A DNA stretch of 64,000 nt from NCBI GenBank assembly GCA_965208905.1, contig OZ242365.1:1184001-1248000 (forward strand), read 5' to 3'. Made by a program: the position numbers and the translations under genes. Positions 51,792-63,227 of the stretch are shown one piece after another (position 1 is the first letter of the stretch; each line of letters starts with the position of its first letter). The notes beneath the pieces were generated by a model that was not told where the DNA came from, made no database searches, and saw only the letters and a list, made by a program, of their open reading frames with translations. The stretch is from Nitrosopumilaceae archaeon (GTDB taxonomy: Archaea; Thermoproteota; Nitrososphaeria; Nitrososphaerales; Nitrosopumilaceae).

Positions 51792-52291
51792 ATATCTAAA
51801 TCGTATTTATGCCTGCGATCTTTATCTGAGAGTACTTCGTATGCCTCATTTATTTTGACCATGTCTGTATCAGAGTCCTCACCACTGATATCTGGATGTA
51901 GACTCTTTACTAGTTGACGATATCGAGATTTTATCTCTTCGGATGTGGCGTCATGTGATACGCCCAATATCTCATAGTAGTTTGGCAGGTCCTGACGAGT
52001 ATGTTTGCTTGAATTGTATTCTTCGTAGTCATCCTGCCAGCCTGAGTGGTATTTTTCATAATCCCGATTCTTTTTTGATTCAAAGTTACGTTGATCATAA
52101 TCTGTACGAATACGTCGTATGCTATCTCTTGCTAGATATAGAAATAATGCAATGACCGCTACGATAAATATTACAAATACAATCATGACCTCTTGTGGTG
52201 ATATTGTATCACCATCTTGGGCCCATGCAGGTGTAATACTAGATAAAGCAACTAAAAGTACCATTACATAATACTGTCGCATCACAATCAT
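51770..52291 (-). CDS. Membrane-anchored DnaJ-domain protein
   Basis: Signal/TM segments, NYYEILGV, HPD and INEAYEVLSD. Confidence 0.9.
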   Translation of the reverse strand: MIVMRQYYVMVLLVALSSITPAWAQDGDTISPQEVMIVFVIFIVAVIALFLYLARDSIRRIRTDYDQRNFESKKNRDYEKYHSGWQDDYEEYNSSKHTRQDLPNYYEILGVSHDATSEEIKSRYRQLVKSLHPDISGEDSDTDMVKINEAYEVLSDKDRRHKYDLDIGARGEI

Positions 52292-52463
52292 ACTACCTCA
52301 TTATATTATAGAGTTTGTGTGTAATGGCGCAACTTGATAGCATCATGTTGCCTTGACCTGCTCTGAGATCTGTGGGTGGTGTCGCTCATGCATCGCCAAA
52401 CTTAAACATGACTGTATCTGTCGCGTCTACAACGACACTCAAAATAAGAAAAAAGTTAAACGA

Positions 52464-52568
52464 TTACTTTGATCGTTTAGCAGTAATTGCAAGCCAATAT
52501 ACAAGGCCAGGAGCTAAACCGACAATTAATGGTATCCATACTGGCCATCCGTCTATTACATCTGCCAT
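52464..52568 (-). CDS. 34-aa single-TM microprotein (not in ORF track)
   Basis: MADVIDGWPVWIPLIVGLAPGLVYWLAITAKRSK; TTTAATA box about 25 bp upstream. Confidence 0.6.
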   Translation of the reverse strand: MADVIDGWPVWIPLIVGLAPGLVYWLAITAKRSK

Positions 52569-52699
52569 ACGAAATACTGGCCATGCATCATATTAAAATG
52601 TTGTGAAATTGGGTTTTTTCCTCAGATGCATGTGTGAATAAAAACATGAATAAATCCACAACCACCTTTCTGTAATATGGCACTATATGATTCAAAGAA

Positions 52700-53014
52700 G
52701 TGATCAAAAATGACGTATATATGCGAGATGTATACATGGATTACATACTCAATTGTCTTGGGACGCGTGGTAGAAGTTATGATGTTGACTCGTCTATTTA
52801 TCATCCAGCACGTAGTCTCAAAACCCACAACATAATGTTCAATATTATACATGACACAGTGAGGTTTATTGGTGCAGATGTGCCTCAAAGTTGTGCGTAT
52901 GACATCATCATATATCCACACGATGTCGACACTCACTGTATCCGGGTATGTGGTCGCGAGGCTTCGACCAATCTAGAAATATTTCATAGTCCTACATGCC
53001 GTATTGTCTACTGA
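52700..53014 (+). CDS. Hypothetical protein
   Basis: ORF only, no motif. Confidence 0.3.
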   Translation: MIKNDVYMRDVYMDYILNCLGTRGRSYDVDSSIYHPARSLKTHNIMFNIIHDTVRFIGADVPQSCAYDIIIYPHDVDTHCIRVCGREASTNLEIFHSPTCRIVY

Positions 53015-53094
53015 AGTTGACACTGTGACGTTTCATACATTACCTTTGCAGGATGCGCCTATGACACATATTAGATATCCATTTCATATGTGTC

Positions 53095-53928
53095 ATGACT
53101 GGCACATACTACACATTCATGCCTGTACGTAATACCGAAAAATCAATACAGGCTGTTATCGACAGTCTATTGGAACAGACACTGCCTCCTAAAGAGATAA
53201 TAGTTGTTAATGATGGTTCAACTGATAAAACTGGAGACATACTCCGAGAGTATCAAAATAGTGCACCAGTCAAGATTATTACCACTGATAGCAAGACGCG
53301 AGACTATACAAGACTAGTAAGACTTTGGAACATGTGTTTGCAGCGTGACTATGATTATCACATGGTATCTCCTGGTGATACAATATTTCAGAAAGACTAT
53401 GCTGAAATAATTGTAAACGCCATGGATAAAGACTCAAAATTGGTCATTGCATCTGGAAACCTGCAAACAGAGAAGGCGGGGGACCCACGTGGAGCAGGGC
53501 GGTTTGTTCAACAAAATTTTTTCTACAAATTTTACAAAAAATACCCGGAAATAGTTGGATATGAGTCAGAGATCTTATTCAAAGCACAGATTCACGGATA
53601 CAAAGTTTTTGTTTTTGACGCAGCTAGGTTTGAACATGTAGATAAACTTGGACACAAACACAACTTTGTAGATTTTGGCCAAGGAATGAAGGCAATTGGA
53701 TATCATCCACTATTTGTGCTAGGGAGAACCCTGAACGAGATAAAAAAGAATGGCGATATGGGTAGAAAGGGGGCCATCAACATGCTTTGGAATTATATCA
53801 AATATAGACCAGAACGGGAGGGTTATTTCTCACTATTTCCTCAAGACGATAGAGAGCGCGTTCGTAGCATGCAGAAGCGTAGGATGTGGCAATACGTAAA
53901 AGATGCATTTACTAGATTTAAAGAGTAA
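53095..53928 (+). CDS. Glycosyltransferase family 2
   Basis: PVRN and EIIVVNDGSTDKT motifs. Confidence 0.88.
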   Translation: MTGTYYTFMPVRNTEKSIQAVIDSLLEQTLPPKEIIVVNDGSTDKTGDILREYQNSAPVKIITTDSKTRDYTRLVRLWNMCLQRDYDYHMVSPGDTIFQKDYAEIIVNAMDKDSKLVIASGNLQTEKAGDPRGAGRFVQQNFFYKFYKKYPEIVGYESEILFKAQIHGYKVFVFDAARFEHVDKLGHKHNFVDFGQGMKAIGYHPLFVLGRTLNEIKKNGDMGRKGAINMLWNYIKYRPEREGYFSLFPQDDRERVRSMQKRRMWQYVKDAFTRFKE

Positions 53929-54349
53929 ATGTTGTGTGATCTCTCCGCTTACCACAATCTTACGTTCTCCCGCGAAGACCGTGAATAAAATATCATAATG
54001 TCCGCCTGTATGAGAGGCATTATGTGATGGTCTTTTAGATTGGCAGATACTATATTACTTAGTCTAACATCTTTAGTCTAAGTTACATACAGTAGTGGAT
54101 ATCAGTATGATGAGACAAGGGTTATGTGATACATGCCCAAAGTTTACTACAAAATCATTACTTACAGAATAACTTGGTAAATTTTGCCTCTGGAACACTA
54201 TCAGACTATACTGTATACTAGATTTGGAGCATTCTCAGTCTTGGAAGGAGCCATGAACTTCATGTTAACTCTAAGTTTTGTTCACATATGCAGATCCAAA
54301 AACACTAAACACCTTATCAAAATATAAGGAGGCAGTGTGTAGTATAACT

Positions 54350-54637
54350 ATGCCATTAAAACGGGCAAGTAGAGGTCGAACAAAGGGCGGAAAGGGCTCC
54401 AGTGGTGTTGTACAATGCACTAACTGTGGGCAGACCGTGCCAAAAGATAAGGCAAAAAAAGTTACCTCCCGACTAAATCTGGTAGAACATACGCTAGCTA
54501 AAGAGCTTAGGTCTCAGGGTGCATACATTGCAGCACCTACAGTTCTAAAGTGGTACTGCATATCATGTGCCATACACTATAAAATATTAAAAATACGTTC
54601 TGCAGACAATCGCCGCAAACGTGGCCGATTGCGATAA
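54350..54637 (+). CDS. rps26e: 30S ribosomal protein S26e
   Basis: MPLKRASRGR, CTNC..VPKDKA and YCISCAIH. Confidence 0.96.
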   Translation: MPLKRASRGRTKGGKGSSGVVQCTNCGQTVPKDKAKKVTSRLNLVEHTLAKELRSQGAYIAAPTVLKWYCISCAIHYKILKIRSADNRRKRGRLR

Positions 54638-54644
54638 CCCCAAA

Positions 54645-55244
54645 CTATGTATTATCTTTGTAATCTTCTTGCTTGAGCTTCCTGTATATGTGCCGCATTC
54701 TTTGTGCCACAGTTATCGCGGATATGATAATTACTATAAACACCGCCAGTGTCACCATGCCGGGTATCATGCCGATTATGGCAATTACCAATAACCGTTC
54801 TGCTCGCTCGCCTATGCCATAACCCTGAATATTTATCTGCAGTGCATCGGCTTTGGCACGGGCATAACTTACCAGTAGCGACAATCCTATGGCCAACAGT
54901 GCCAAGTCTGGAGAGACTAGCCCGCCGGAGGCTAATCCTGCAAAGATGGCAACTTCGGCTATCTTGTCAAACATAGAGTCCAGAAAAGCACCTGACCGCG
55001 ATGCCTTACCGGTTACACGCGCCACCTGCCCATCTATAACATCAAAGAATCCAGATATCAGCAGCATAATGCCGCCAAATATGTATGCATATTCAGTGAC
55101 GCTACCATACAGTATGGCCGCACCAAAGGCCGTCACCAGACCCATGACCGTCCAAAAATTAGCTGATAGGCCGGTACGCGCAAACGCCCTACCCAAGCTC
55201 TCAGTATATGGCAGTAGCCTATCGCGCAGTCGATTTAGCACCAT
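54645..55244 (-). CDS. CDP-alcohol phosphatidyltransferase (archaetidylinositol-phosphate synthase-like)
   Basis: DVIDGQVAR...GAFLDSMFD motif. Confidence 0.92.
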   Translation of the reverse strand: MVLNRLRDRLLPYTESLGRAFARTGLSANFWTVMGLVTAFGAAILYGSVTEYAYIFGGIMLLISGFFDVIDGQVARVTGKASRSGAFLDSMFDKIAEVAIFAGLASGGLVSPDLALLAIGLSLLVSYARAKADALQINIQGYGIGERAERLLVIAIIGMIPGMVTLAVFIVIIISAITVAQRMRHIYRKLKQEDYKDNT

Positions 55245-56113
55245 TATTTCACTCTGTCCGATACGGTCATGGCGGCCAGAATAGAAATTAATTTGGCGGC
55301 TAGCGTTCCTCCGGCCCCGTTATCAAACAGAGGATTTAACTCTACAATGTCGGCTCCGACAACATTACTTTTATCCAATGAATATATCATGGAGAATAAC
55401 TCTCTGGATGATATGCCACAACTCTCTGGATTACCCACACCTGGACAAAATGCAGGATCTAGCACATCCATATCTATACTAATGTATATGGAATCATGCA
55501 ATTTAACAAACTCTGACAGTTGAGATGGCCCTGTTCCATTTTGTATGTCTTCATCGGTTATCATTTGAATTTTGGATTCCTGAGCGTATGCCGCCTCCTC
55601 GGCAGCATATGCCCGTCCACCCACATGCAGTACACGAGAGCTGTCACGCTTCTCAACAATACGCCGTAGAAACGAGGCATGACTGAGTCTGGCACCAGCA
55701 TACTGATCTCGTAAATCATAATGAGCATCAAATATTACAAGGGCAACGTTATCAGGAAATGCCATGTATGAGCCCAACGTAACTAGATGCTCACCACCCA
55801 GAATTATTGGTATTGTATCACCTTTGCGCATCTCAGATGACACCAACCGAACCATCTTTACCATGTCAGCAGCATCAACAGTCTGTACGAGATTGCCCAA
55901 ATCATTCATGGCCATCTCCTCTAAATCCACGCCAAACCTAGAATGAAATACCTCGATGTTGTTGAACATGCCTCGAATGTAATCTGGCGCAAACCTACAA
56001 CCGGGACGATACGAGTGGGTAGAATCGAATGGAACTCCCAGTATTGTGGCTGCTGGTTTTCCATTGCCAGACAGTAGTACAGATGGATTGGTATAAAATT
56101 GAGTATAACTCAA
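55244..56113 (-). CDS. speB: Agmatinase (ureohydrolase)
   Basis: GGEH, DAHYD and SIDMDVLDP motifs. Confidence 0.9.
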   Translation of the reverse strand: MSYTQFYTNPSVLLSGNGKPAATILGVPFDSTHSYRPGCRFAPDYIRGMFNNIEVFHSRFGVDLEEMAMNDLGNLVQTVDAADMVKMVRLVSSEMRKGDTIPIILGGEHLVTLGSYMAFPDNVALVIFDAHYDLRDQYAGARLSHASFLRRIVEKRDSSRVLHVGGRAYAAEEAAYAQESKIQMITDEDIQNGTGPSQLSEFVKLHDSIYISIDMDVLDPAFCPGVGNPESCGISSRELFSMIYSLDKSNVVGADIVELNPLFDNGAGGTLAAKLISILAAMTVSDRVK

Positions 56114-56120
56114 TTCATCA

Positions 56121-57980
56121 TCATACCATTATTTGAGGTCGTTTAGATAGCAGTCCCGGTTGGTTTAACATGGCCCATGGCTTTCCACGAACCTCCTCTC
56201 TTATATCAGATATGAGCTGCTCTATTGTGATATTAATTATGCTGCCGCCACGTCTATCCCTTACAGATAACTCCCCATCAAGTCCATTGGCCGCTTCTTT
56301 TGAACCCACCACTATGATGTATGGTATCCACTCCTTCTCTGCTTCACGCACCCTCTTGCCGAGACTCTCGTTGCGTTCGTCGATATCTGTCCTTACCATT
56401 CTACGGTTCATATAACTTGCCAACTTTGTTGCAAACGGTATTGTATCATCGTGTACGGGAACTATTCTAACTTGTGTAGGACAAAGCCATAGTGGAAATG
56501 TTGGCTTCTCTCCTTTCTTTAACTTGTGGGAAGCATTCTCTAGTAGGGCATATATGACACGTTCAATAGCCCCGGATGGGGAGTTGTGTAGTATTATGGG
56601 ATTTTGTGGTTTATTGTTGCTATCTACAAATTCTATACCAAAATGATCGCCATTCTCCACATCTATCTGATCCGTGGAGAGGGATGTAGCCCTACCGACA
56701 GAGTCGATATAATTAAACTCCCATTTTAATACAAAGTAAAAGAACCTCTCTTTCCACATCTCCACTAAGATAGGCTTGTTGTGCTGGCGTACAAGATTCA
56801 GTACAACATCTTTATTTTCATTGTAAAAGTCCTCGGTGAGCCGTACGGCCACCTCATATCTGTCTTGTTCTATACCCATCTCGTGTAGTACGTCCTTAGA
56901 CAGATTAAAGCGAACATCCAGTTCTGAAATGGCCTGCGACATGTTGGCGCAGAATGCATGACAATCAGGCATCGTAAAGGCTCGCAAGCGCCGTAGTCCT
57001 GCCAGCTCGCCGGACTGTTCTCGCCGAAAACTGTACCGCGTAAGTTCATACAATTTGTATGGTAAGTTTTTGTATGACATTTGAAAGTCATGTGCAATCA
57101 AAAATTGACCAAAACAGGCGGCAAATCTTAGGAATAGCTGCCTTCCTTCAGAGTCTATGCTGTATTGCCGCGCAGGAAATCTATTAAAATACTTGATCAT
57201 GCTGGGATGATCCGAGTCGTACATTATGGGCGTCTCCACCTCAAACCCACCATACTCCCGCACTGACTTTGTCACGTATCGCTCTATGAGTGATTTTATC
57301 AACCTGCCGTTGGGGTAGAATCTCATGTTGCCTTGATCAGAGGCAGGCTCGTAGTCAGCGATAGCCAGGCGTTTCATAAGTGCCACATGTGGAGGTCTGT
57401 CATCTCCACCACGCTTTTTAGCTGATTCATATCTTGCTAGCACCTCAAGACTCTGATTTTTAGTAAAGTTGTAGTCTTTCAGAGGAGTCATTGTTCCATC
57501 CGGAGTCATTATGTACCAGTACGAAACTATCTTGGACTCGGCACTCAATGCGTCTGACTCGCTACCGTCCTTGCCACCACTGCGTACAATTTTTAGACCT
57601 TCGGCTAGTGGGTGACCCTTTACATGTATGGCGTAAGACTTTGTCCAACCAAATGCTGATCTATATGTTTCGCTATATTTTGACTGTTGTTGCATCGCAG
57701 TGAGTATGTCAAGAGCAATACGCGCAGGTGCAAGATCAGCACTAAGGTGAGCGTACGGGTATAGTAGTAATCGTGTGCAACCTAACCGCTCCATCACATT
57801 TCCAATCTGAAACATGGCTTTTGACGCTACAGTGTCATCATCTCCTTTTTCAACTGCAATAAATGCTGCCAGCACCTCCTCAACACGTACGGTTTCAGGT
57901 GCTATGTCTTCGGCAGCAGGAATCTCCTTTTTTGTAGGTGTGAACTCTACATGGTCACAGTGCAAATGCAAAATACGCAT
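56121..57980 (-). CDS. thrS: Threonyl-tRNA synthetase (archaeal type with editing domain)
   Basis: YPYAHLS, FGW.K, LRFAACFG and RLRAFTMPDCH motifs. Confidence 0.96.
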   Translation of the reverse strand: MRILHLHCDHVEFTPTKKEIPAAEDIAPETVRVEEVLAAFIAVEKGDDDTVASKAMFQIGNVMERLGCTRLLLYPYAHLSADLAPARIALDILTAMQQQSKYSETYRSAFGWTKSYAIHVKGHPLAEGLKIVRSGGKDGSESDALSAESKIVSYWYIMTPDGTMTPLKDYNFTKNQSLEVLARYESAKKRGGDDRPPHVALMKRLAIADYEPASDQGNMRFYPNGRLIKSLIERYVTKSVREYGGFEVETPIMYDSDHPSMIKYFNRFPARQYSIDSEGRQLFLRFAACFGQFLIAHDFQMSYKNLPYKLYELTRYSFRREQSGELAGLRRLRAFTMPDCHAFCANMSQAISELDVRFNLSKDVLHEMGIEQDRYEVAVRLTEDFYNENKDVVLNLVRQHNKPILVEMWKERFFYFVLKWEFNYIDSVGRATSLSTDQIDVENGDHFGIEFVDSNNKPQNPIILHNSPSGAIERVIYALLENASHKLKKGEKPTFPLWLCPTQVRIVPVHDDTIPFATKLASYMNRRMVRTDIDERNESLGKRVREAEKEWIPYIIVVGSKEAANGLDGELSVRDRRGGSIINITIEQLISDIREEVRGKPWAMLNQPGLLSKRPQIMV

Positions 57981-58129
57981 AATAACTCGAACACTATAAC
58001 AAAATTAAACCTTTCATTTTGTCTGGTTTTGTGTATGTGATGTGTTGATACTTTAAATTCAATATGATGTTAAAATTTAAATAAAGACTTGGAATTTGTC
58101 GATACTACTGTATTGTGTAGAGTACTAAA

Positions 58130-59440
58130 TATAGTGAACTTGATTATGGCCCATACGTTATAGTAATTTCGGTTAAAATCTGTACAAAAATCACATAAAC
58201 ATAGTATGGTACTAAGGGGGAATCGTAAACTAGGCTATATAATAATGGTGTCTGCGCAGTTATAGTTACTACACGACAAACAAGATACAAGTGAATTATA
58301 TAGAATTAAGACATGCACAGTCGCCCCATCTGCAACAACTCGTTGCGGTAATACGGCTAGGTACACTCTACATCTCAGATAGTCGTGCATCCTGGCTACC
58401 TTTATCTCTCCTGTACAATACATACGATTTATGAACTCTATAACCGCAGTTGAAAGTGTGTTGTTTTTGTATCTTTCACTGTCTCCAACTGGAGTTAGTC
58501 TCTGAACCGTATGGTGGTAGGTATTCTAGAATGACATCTCTTCTGAACTTTTCTAGGCCTCCTTTACAGAAAGGAATTTGTGATATATGGCATCATCTAG
58601 AAATATCAAAACACTTCCATACTTAGCATGTATCTTGTATAGTCCAAAAAGATCTCCCTATTCACCTTCTCTGCAAATATACAATACTCTTTACTTTCAT
58701 CTAGAACCCCCGATTGTATAGAATCGTTGATTGGACAGTAAAGATGAAACATTGACTTTTACTCCTTTACGAAACCAACCGGTTGCTCCACTGTACCCTA
58801 CTATTGTAGAGCACTCATCTTTGTAGTGTATCTTTTCTGCAGTATTTACGAGCTAGGCGCCCAGCTTTTTTTCTCGTTAATCTCTTCTTTGGTGGGGACA
58901 TTTGGGTGGCGTGGGCGTGCCTTTCTCCATGGCGGCCCATTTTATGCAACAGACATAGCATCTTACTGCTCTTGTATTCGATATTATACTTATTTCGGAC
59001 GTGTGCTATGACCAATGGAGCCATCTAGACTCAAAGCAGCATTTGGTCGAGCCGTCTATTGGATCTTGTCTCAGCTCGTCTTGCTGCATATAGATTAGTT
59101 TGCATTCGGTACTAGGACGTGTAGTAGCCTTCAAGACTCATCTTGTGCATACGCCGTAACCACTCTACCACTGTGCCTAATGATGCGTCTAGAATGCCCC
59201 ATTTCACGTAGAGAGTAATCCTTCTTTTTATGGAGACATACTTGAAGTTTCAAATATACATTGGCACCCTTCTCTTTTTTACGCATTTTACATATCATTA
59301 TGTTGGCATGAAATCGCCATATTTGGGAAGTTATTTGTTGTTTATTAGAAAATTAGTATTTAACACTGGTACTGTACATGGTAATTTTTTATTGGAATTT
59401 AAGTTATAACTTTGTAAAAACTCCAATTATGGTCACTATA
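58130..59440 (-). pseudogene. Degraded IS630-family element
   Basis: Fragments HVRNKYNIEY...LLHKMG (HTH), VLIFLDDAIYH and YLPPYGSETN; imperfect ends TATAGTGA (58130) and TCACTATA (59440). Confidence 0.7.
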
Positions 59441-59881
59441 CAAGTCTCGAATATCTTTTTACACATGATTGATCAGAACAGATAATATCTTGTGTATGAG
59501 GTATATGTATCTACTAAATACAAATTGCCGTACATGCGTCTTGATGTACAACTTTACTATTTTTCCGTATTTTAAAAGTAATTTAAAACAAAAATTATCA
59601 AAAATAACTCCCTTCAGGTAAAACTATGATGATCTAAAATGATTCAAGTCACTTATCAAGTTTTTTAATAATACTTTAGATGCAAAATTTACCAAGAATT
59701 ATTCTGTAGATAAGTTATGATTTTGCAATAAATCTTGAATGTTTGTTATATGACACTTGTATTATTCTAATATCCACTGCCATATAGTTGGCTTGGACTA
59801 TGATGCCAGTCTGAGTAATACAATGTCGGCCAATCTCAAATACCATGATACAGTGACATTCACACAGGTTGATGCTATGTT

Positions 59882-60256
59882 CTATTCGCAGTATTTGCGA
59901 GAGGAATCCTCCATATGCGTGTCCAAGAGTATGCGGGCTCTTAATATGATTGCAGACATACCTAATTGTGACATTGTGAAATCTGCCGTCTTTTGAAGTG
60001 AATCATGTCTACCGTACCCCTCATCATAAGTCATCTGTATGGTATGTCCACCCATCTCCAAATGTACTACTATTACATCATACGGCCTATCCTCTTGTGT
60101 TAGCCTGTATAGGTGTAATTCGATCTTTTTAATTAACATGTCATGCATGTTAAGTGGCTCTTGTAGTATTACGACAACATCATCTGGTAACTTTTGTGTA
60201 ACGGCGTTGGGGATATCATACACATTCATCAAAATTATAATTGTAGTACCATACAT
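59882..60256 (-). CDS. Hypothetical protein
   Basis: ORF only. Confidence 0.4.
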   Translation of the reverse strand: MYGTTIIILMNVYDIPNAVTQKLPDDVVVILQEPLNMHDMLIKKIELHLYRLTQEDRPYDVIVVHLEMGGHTIQMTYDEGYGRHDSLQKTADFTMSQLGMSAIILRARILLDTHMEDSSRKYCE

Positions 60257-60347
60257 AATTGTTAAAAATGTCTAAAAAATCACAATTGCATTATATGTGA
60301 AGTCCATCAAGAATAGTTTATAGAAACCCCCTCATAATCAAGATGTA

Positions 60348-61403
60348 GTGAGCGAATTTACTGGTCATAACATTCCACATATACAACTAGACCCGGACAT
60401 GACGATATCTGATCTGATTGACGTTTATGCATCATCTGGATTTAATGGGAGGAGTTTGGGTGAGGCGGCAAAACTATATCTAAAGATGATTCAAACAGAT
60501 GCGACCATATGTCTGACAGTGTCGGGGGCTCTATCACCGGTGGGCATGGGTGGCATAATACGTTCATTGATAGAGCGGGGATTCGTTGACTGGGTCATTA
60601 CAACAGGAGCCAACGTATACCATGAGGACCACTTTGCGTGGGGCCTTCCTGTGAAACAGGGCTATCACCATGTGGATGATGCTATACTATTTCAGAAAGA
60701 GATTGTGCGGATTCGTGATGTCTACATCAAATTTTATGAAACATTAGAAGCTCAAGATCAGGTAATTCAAAAATATTTTGATGGCGTTATGGACAAACGT
60801 CCGTTTACAACTGCCGAGTTCTGCAACCATATAGGTGAGATGAGCTACAAATATGCTGAATATCCAAACAAAAGTTTTGTAACTGCAGCATACGAGTATG
60901 GTGTTCCCGTATACATATCGACACTGAAAGACTCATCATTAGCTCTGAATTTAGCTATACAGCGACTCAAAGATAAGAGATACTCACTGGACTTTGTACG
61001 CGAGATTCTAGAACAGGCTGCAATAGTGTACAACTCAGAGTCATCCGGAATATTAGAGTTGGGTGGTGGGGTCCCAAAGAATACCGCTCAACAGACCGGA
61101 CCTTTACTGGATCAAATACTGCGCAGAAATGATGGCGGTCAAGATTATATAATACAGATAACTGATGCTAGGCCCGACACTGGAGGCCTATCTGGTGCCA
61201 CACTACAAGAAGGAAAGAGTTGGGGCAAGGTACAGAGTGCGCATAGTGGACTTGTCACTGTATATACGGATGCGACCATAGCATTTCCCATACTCGCACT
61301 ATATGTGATGAGTAACCATGTGCCACGAAAGCCCCGCCGTCTGTATGAAAAACTTGGCACATTTTACGACAAACTTGCCACAGACTACTTTAAAATGACT
61401 TAG
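60348..61403 (+). CDS. dhs: Deoxyhypusine synthase-family protein
   Basis: TTGAN, GGGVPKN and GGLSGATLQEGKSWGK motifs. Confidence 0.9.
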   Translation: MSEFTGHNIPHIQLDPDMTISDLIDVYASSGFNGRSLGEAAKLYLKMIQTDATICLTVSGALSPVGMGGIIRSLIERGFVDWVITTGANVYHEDHFAWGLPVKQGYHHVDDAILFQKEIVRIRDVYIKFYETLEAQDQVIQKYFDGVMDKRPFTTAEFCNHIGEMSYKYAEYPNKSFVTAAYEYGVPVYISTLKDSSLALNLAIQRLKDKRYSLDFVREILEQAAIVYNSESSGILELGGGVPKNTAQQTGPLLDQILRRNDGGQDYIIQITDARPDTGGLSGATLQEGKSWGKVQSAHSGLVTVYTDATIAFPILALYVMSNHVPRKPRRLYEKLGTFYDKLATDYFKMT

Positions 61404-61606
61404 CCCCACCGTGCCCGTTCTAAATCTCTGTCCCCCTTTGACTCTTTTTTGTACTCTCGGTAATGTTCCTTGCACAGCACAGATCTCTTACTCTTGACAC
61501 GTATTCGTAGGCCTGCACTCTCGACCTTTGTGGTGTTCAAAGATCGTGACCCAATATTGTTGCATCCATCCACGCTGCAAGTTGTACCTTTGGACACTAC
61601 TCCCAT
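61400..61606 (-). CDS. Small zinc-binding hypothetical protein
   Basis: CSVDGC...LCKEHY pattern. Confidence 0.7.
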   Translation of the reverse strand: MGVVSKGTTCSVDGCNNIGSRSLNTTKVESAGLRIRVKSKRSVLCKEHYREYKKESKGDRDLERARWG

Positions 61607-61759
61607 AGTAATTATTTTCATTTATCATGATATAAATCCCTTTTACCCCCACGAGTGGGAATTATATCGTTGAATCCATGGCATACTATTGTACTGTCAA
61701 TAGTATCCATGATGTTGATGATGTCTGTGACCGCGACTGGGAAGTTGGTGAGGAATGGT

Positions 61760-62290
61760 AACCTCTGGGAAAAGCGGGGGATGGCGTCGGAACTGGGAAC
61801 AGACTAACCATAGATTACGATGTGTAATATAGAAGGAAGTGGAAACGTTTGAAAACGACGGTTTCACGCTCGTGCTGACAGACAAAAGCCATCAAAACTC
61901 GCGCACCTTTGGTTCGTGTGCGATCTACATGCGCGGCTCCGTCGAACCGGTGCTGATGCCGTCCGGTAATCAGAGGCAGACTGTCTACGGTGGCGCGACC
62001 TTCATAAAACACATCTGCCTATCATTGTCCAAACAAGCAATCGACAGGTCGTTCATCAGGTATCTGGACAAGCTACTGCGCCGCTTCGTCAGCCGGCCGT
62101 CATCATTGACAACTCCGCGTATCGCGACCAGAGACGCGCACGGCGGTACTTGAAAAGGAACAGCGGTTTTGTAAAATTAGTATTTCTACCCCCGCACTCG
62201 TCATTCCTGAACTCGGACAACTGGCTGTGATGCGAGGACAAGGCAAGGATATGTGGGATGTTCAGGTAGCCGACCAAAAGTTACTTTAGG
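61760..62290 (+). pseudogene. IS630-family transposase relic
   Basis: QTVYGG...FIRYLDKL, then frameshifted VIIDNSAY and VKLVFLPPHSSFLN (DDE motifs). Confidence 0.7.
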
Positions 62291-62444
62291 TGGAAAGTGA
62301 TGCTCGTGTACGAGTCACTTGAGATAATATTCAATCCGCGCGACATTTTGTTCAAAAACTTGGACAAGATATTTCCAACATAAAGCGTACGAAGGGAATT
62401 TATGATCCCAACCATGTATGCTGATTGGATATACTCGACACATA

Positions 62445-63224
62445 TTATGCTGCCAGATCTCCGTATGTGGCATTCTGCTGAGTTTCGACGGGCATCTTTT
62501 GGCGCCTCCAATCTGCAAAGGAGGCCAGATAAAGCCGGACTCCATCCACCCCCACATGCTTTAGGGCATAATATGCCAGTGCCGAGAGAGTGCCCGAGTC
62601 GTTATCATACGTTATGACGTTCGATTCCACGCCTATTCCCCTGTTGGCGAAGAGATGAAGCAGCTCGTCCTTTCCTCGCAGCACGGAGCTAGGCGATGAT
62701 AGGGCTCGATATGGTATGCTCACAGCCCCCGGAATGTGCATCGCAAGAAAGTCCAGCCTTCGGCGGCTATCCACCAGAATTGTTGAGCTGTTGGTCAACT
62801 CCACATCCCGTATGGTGGCCACCATGCTTGGGTTTGTCTTGACGGAATATCCGACGTGCATAATGTCAGGCACATCATAATCGTACTCCAATCCCTGCTC
62901 CAGCCAATTCGCATAGGAGCATTCCAACAGCGACACGTTCTGGTACCCGGCATGTTCCAAGCGCCAGGCCACCAGGGCCGCGGCTGTCCCAAAATAGCCG
63001 TCATATATGACCACGAGAGGACCATTGTTGGATATGCCCAAAGAGCCGGCCAGTCTTGCGGCCGTCCCTGCATTCTGTTCAGCCACTATACTGGAGACGG
63101 ACAGATTCAGGGCGGTGGGTATGTGACCTGCCCTGTACTCGTCTGCAGTTCTAGCATCCACCACATGGATGCTTCTGTCGGCTATTCCGGATCTCAGCGC
63201 ATCCGTATTCGTTAGCACTCCCAT
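62445..63224 (-). CDS. Tandem-domain rhodanese/sulfurtransferase-like protein
   Basis: DAR..EY..GHIP.A, HIPGA and LY.ASF.DW motifs; catalytic position reads TYD. Confidence 0.88.
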   Translation of the reverse strand: MGVLTNTDALRSGIADRSIHVVDARTADEYRAGHIPTALNLSVSSIVAEQNAGTAARLAGSLGISNNGPLVVIYDGYFGTAAALVAWRLEHAGYQNVSLLECSYANWLEQGLEYDYDVPDIMHVGYSVKTNPSMVATIRDVELTNSSTILVDSRRRLDFLAMHIPGAVSIPYRALSSPSSVLRGKDELLHLFANRGIGVESNVITYDNDSGTLSALAYYALKHVGVDGVRLYLASFADWRRQKMPVETQQNATYGDLAA

Positions 63225-63227
63225 AGA

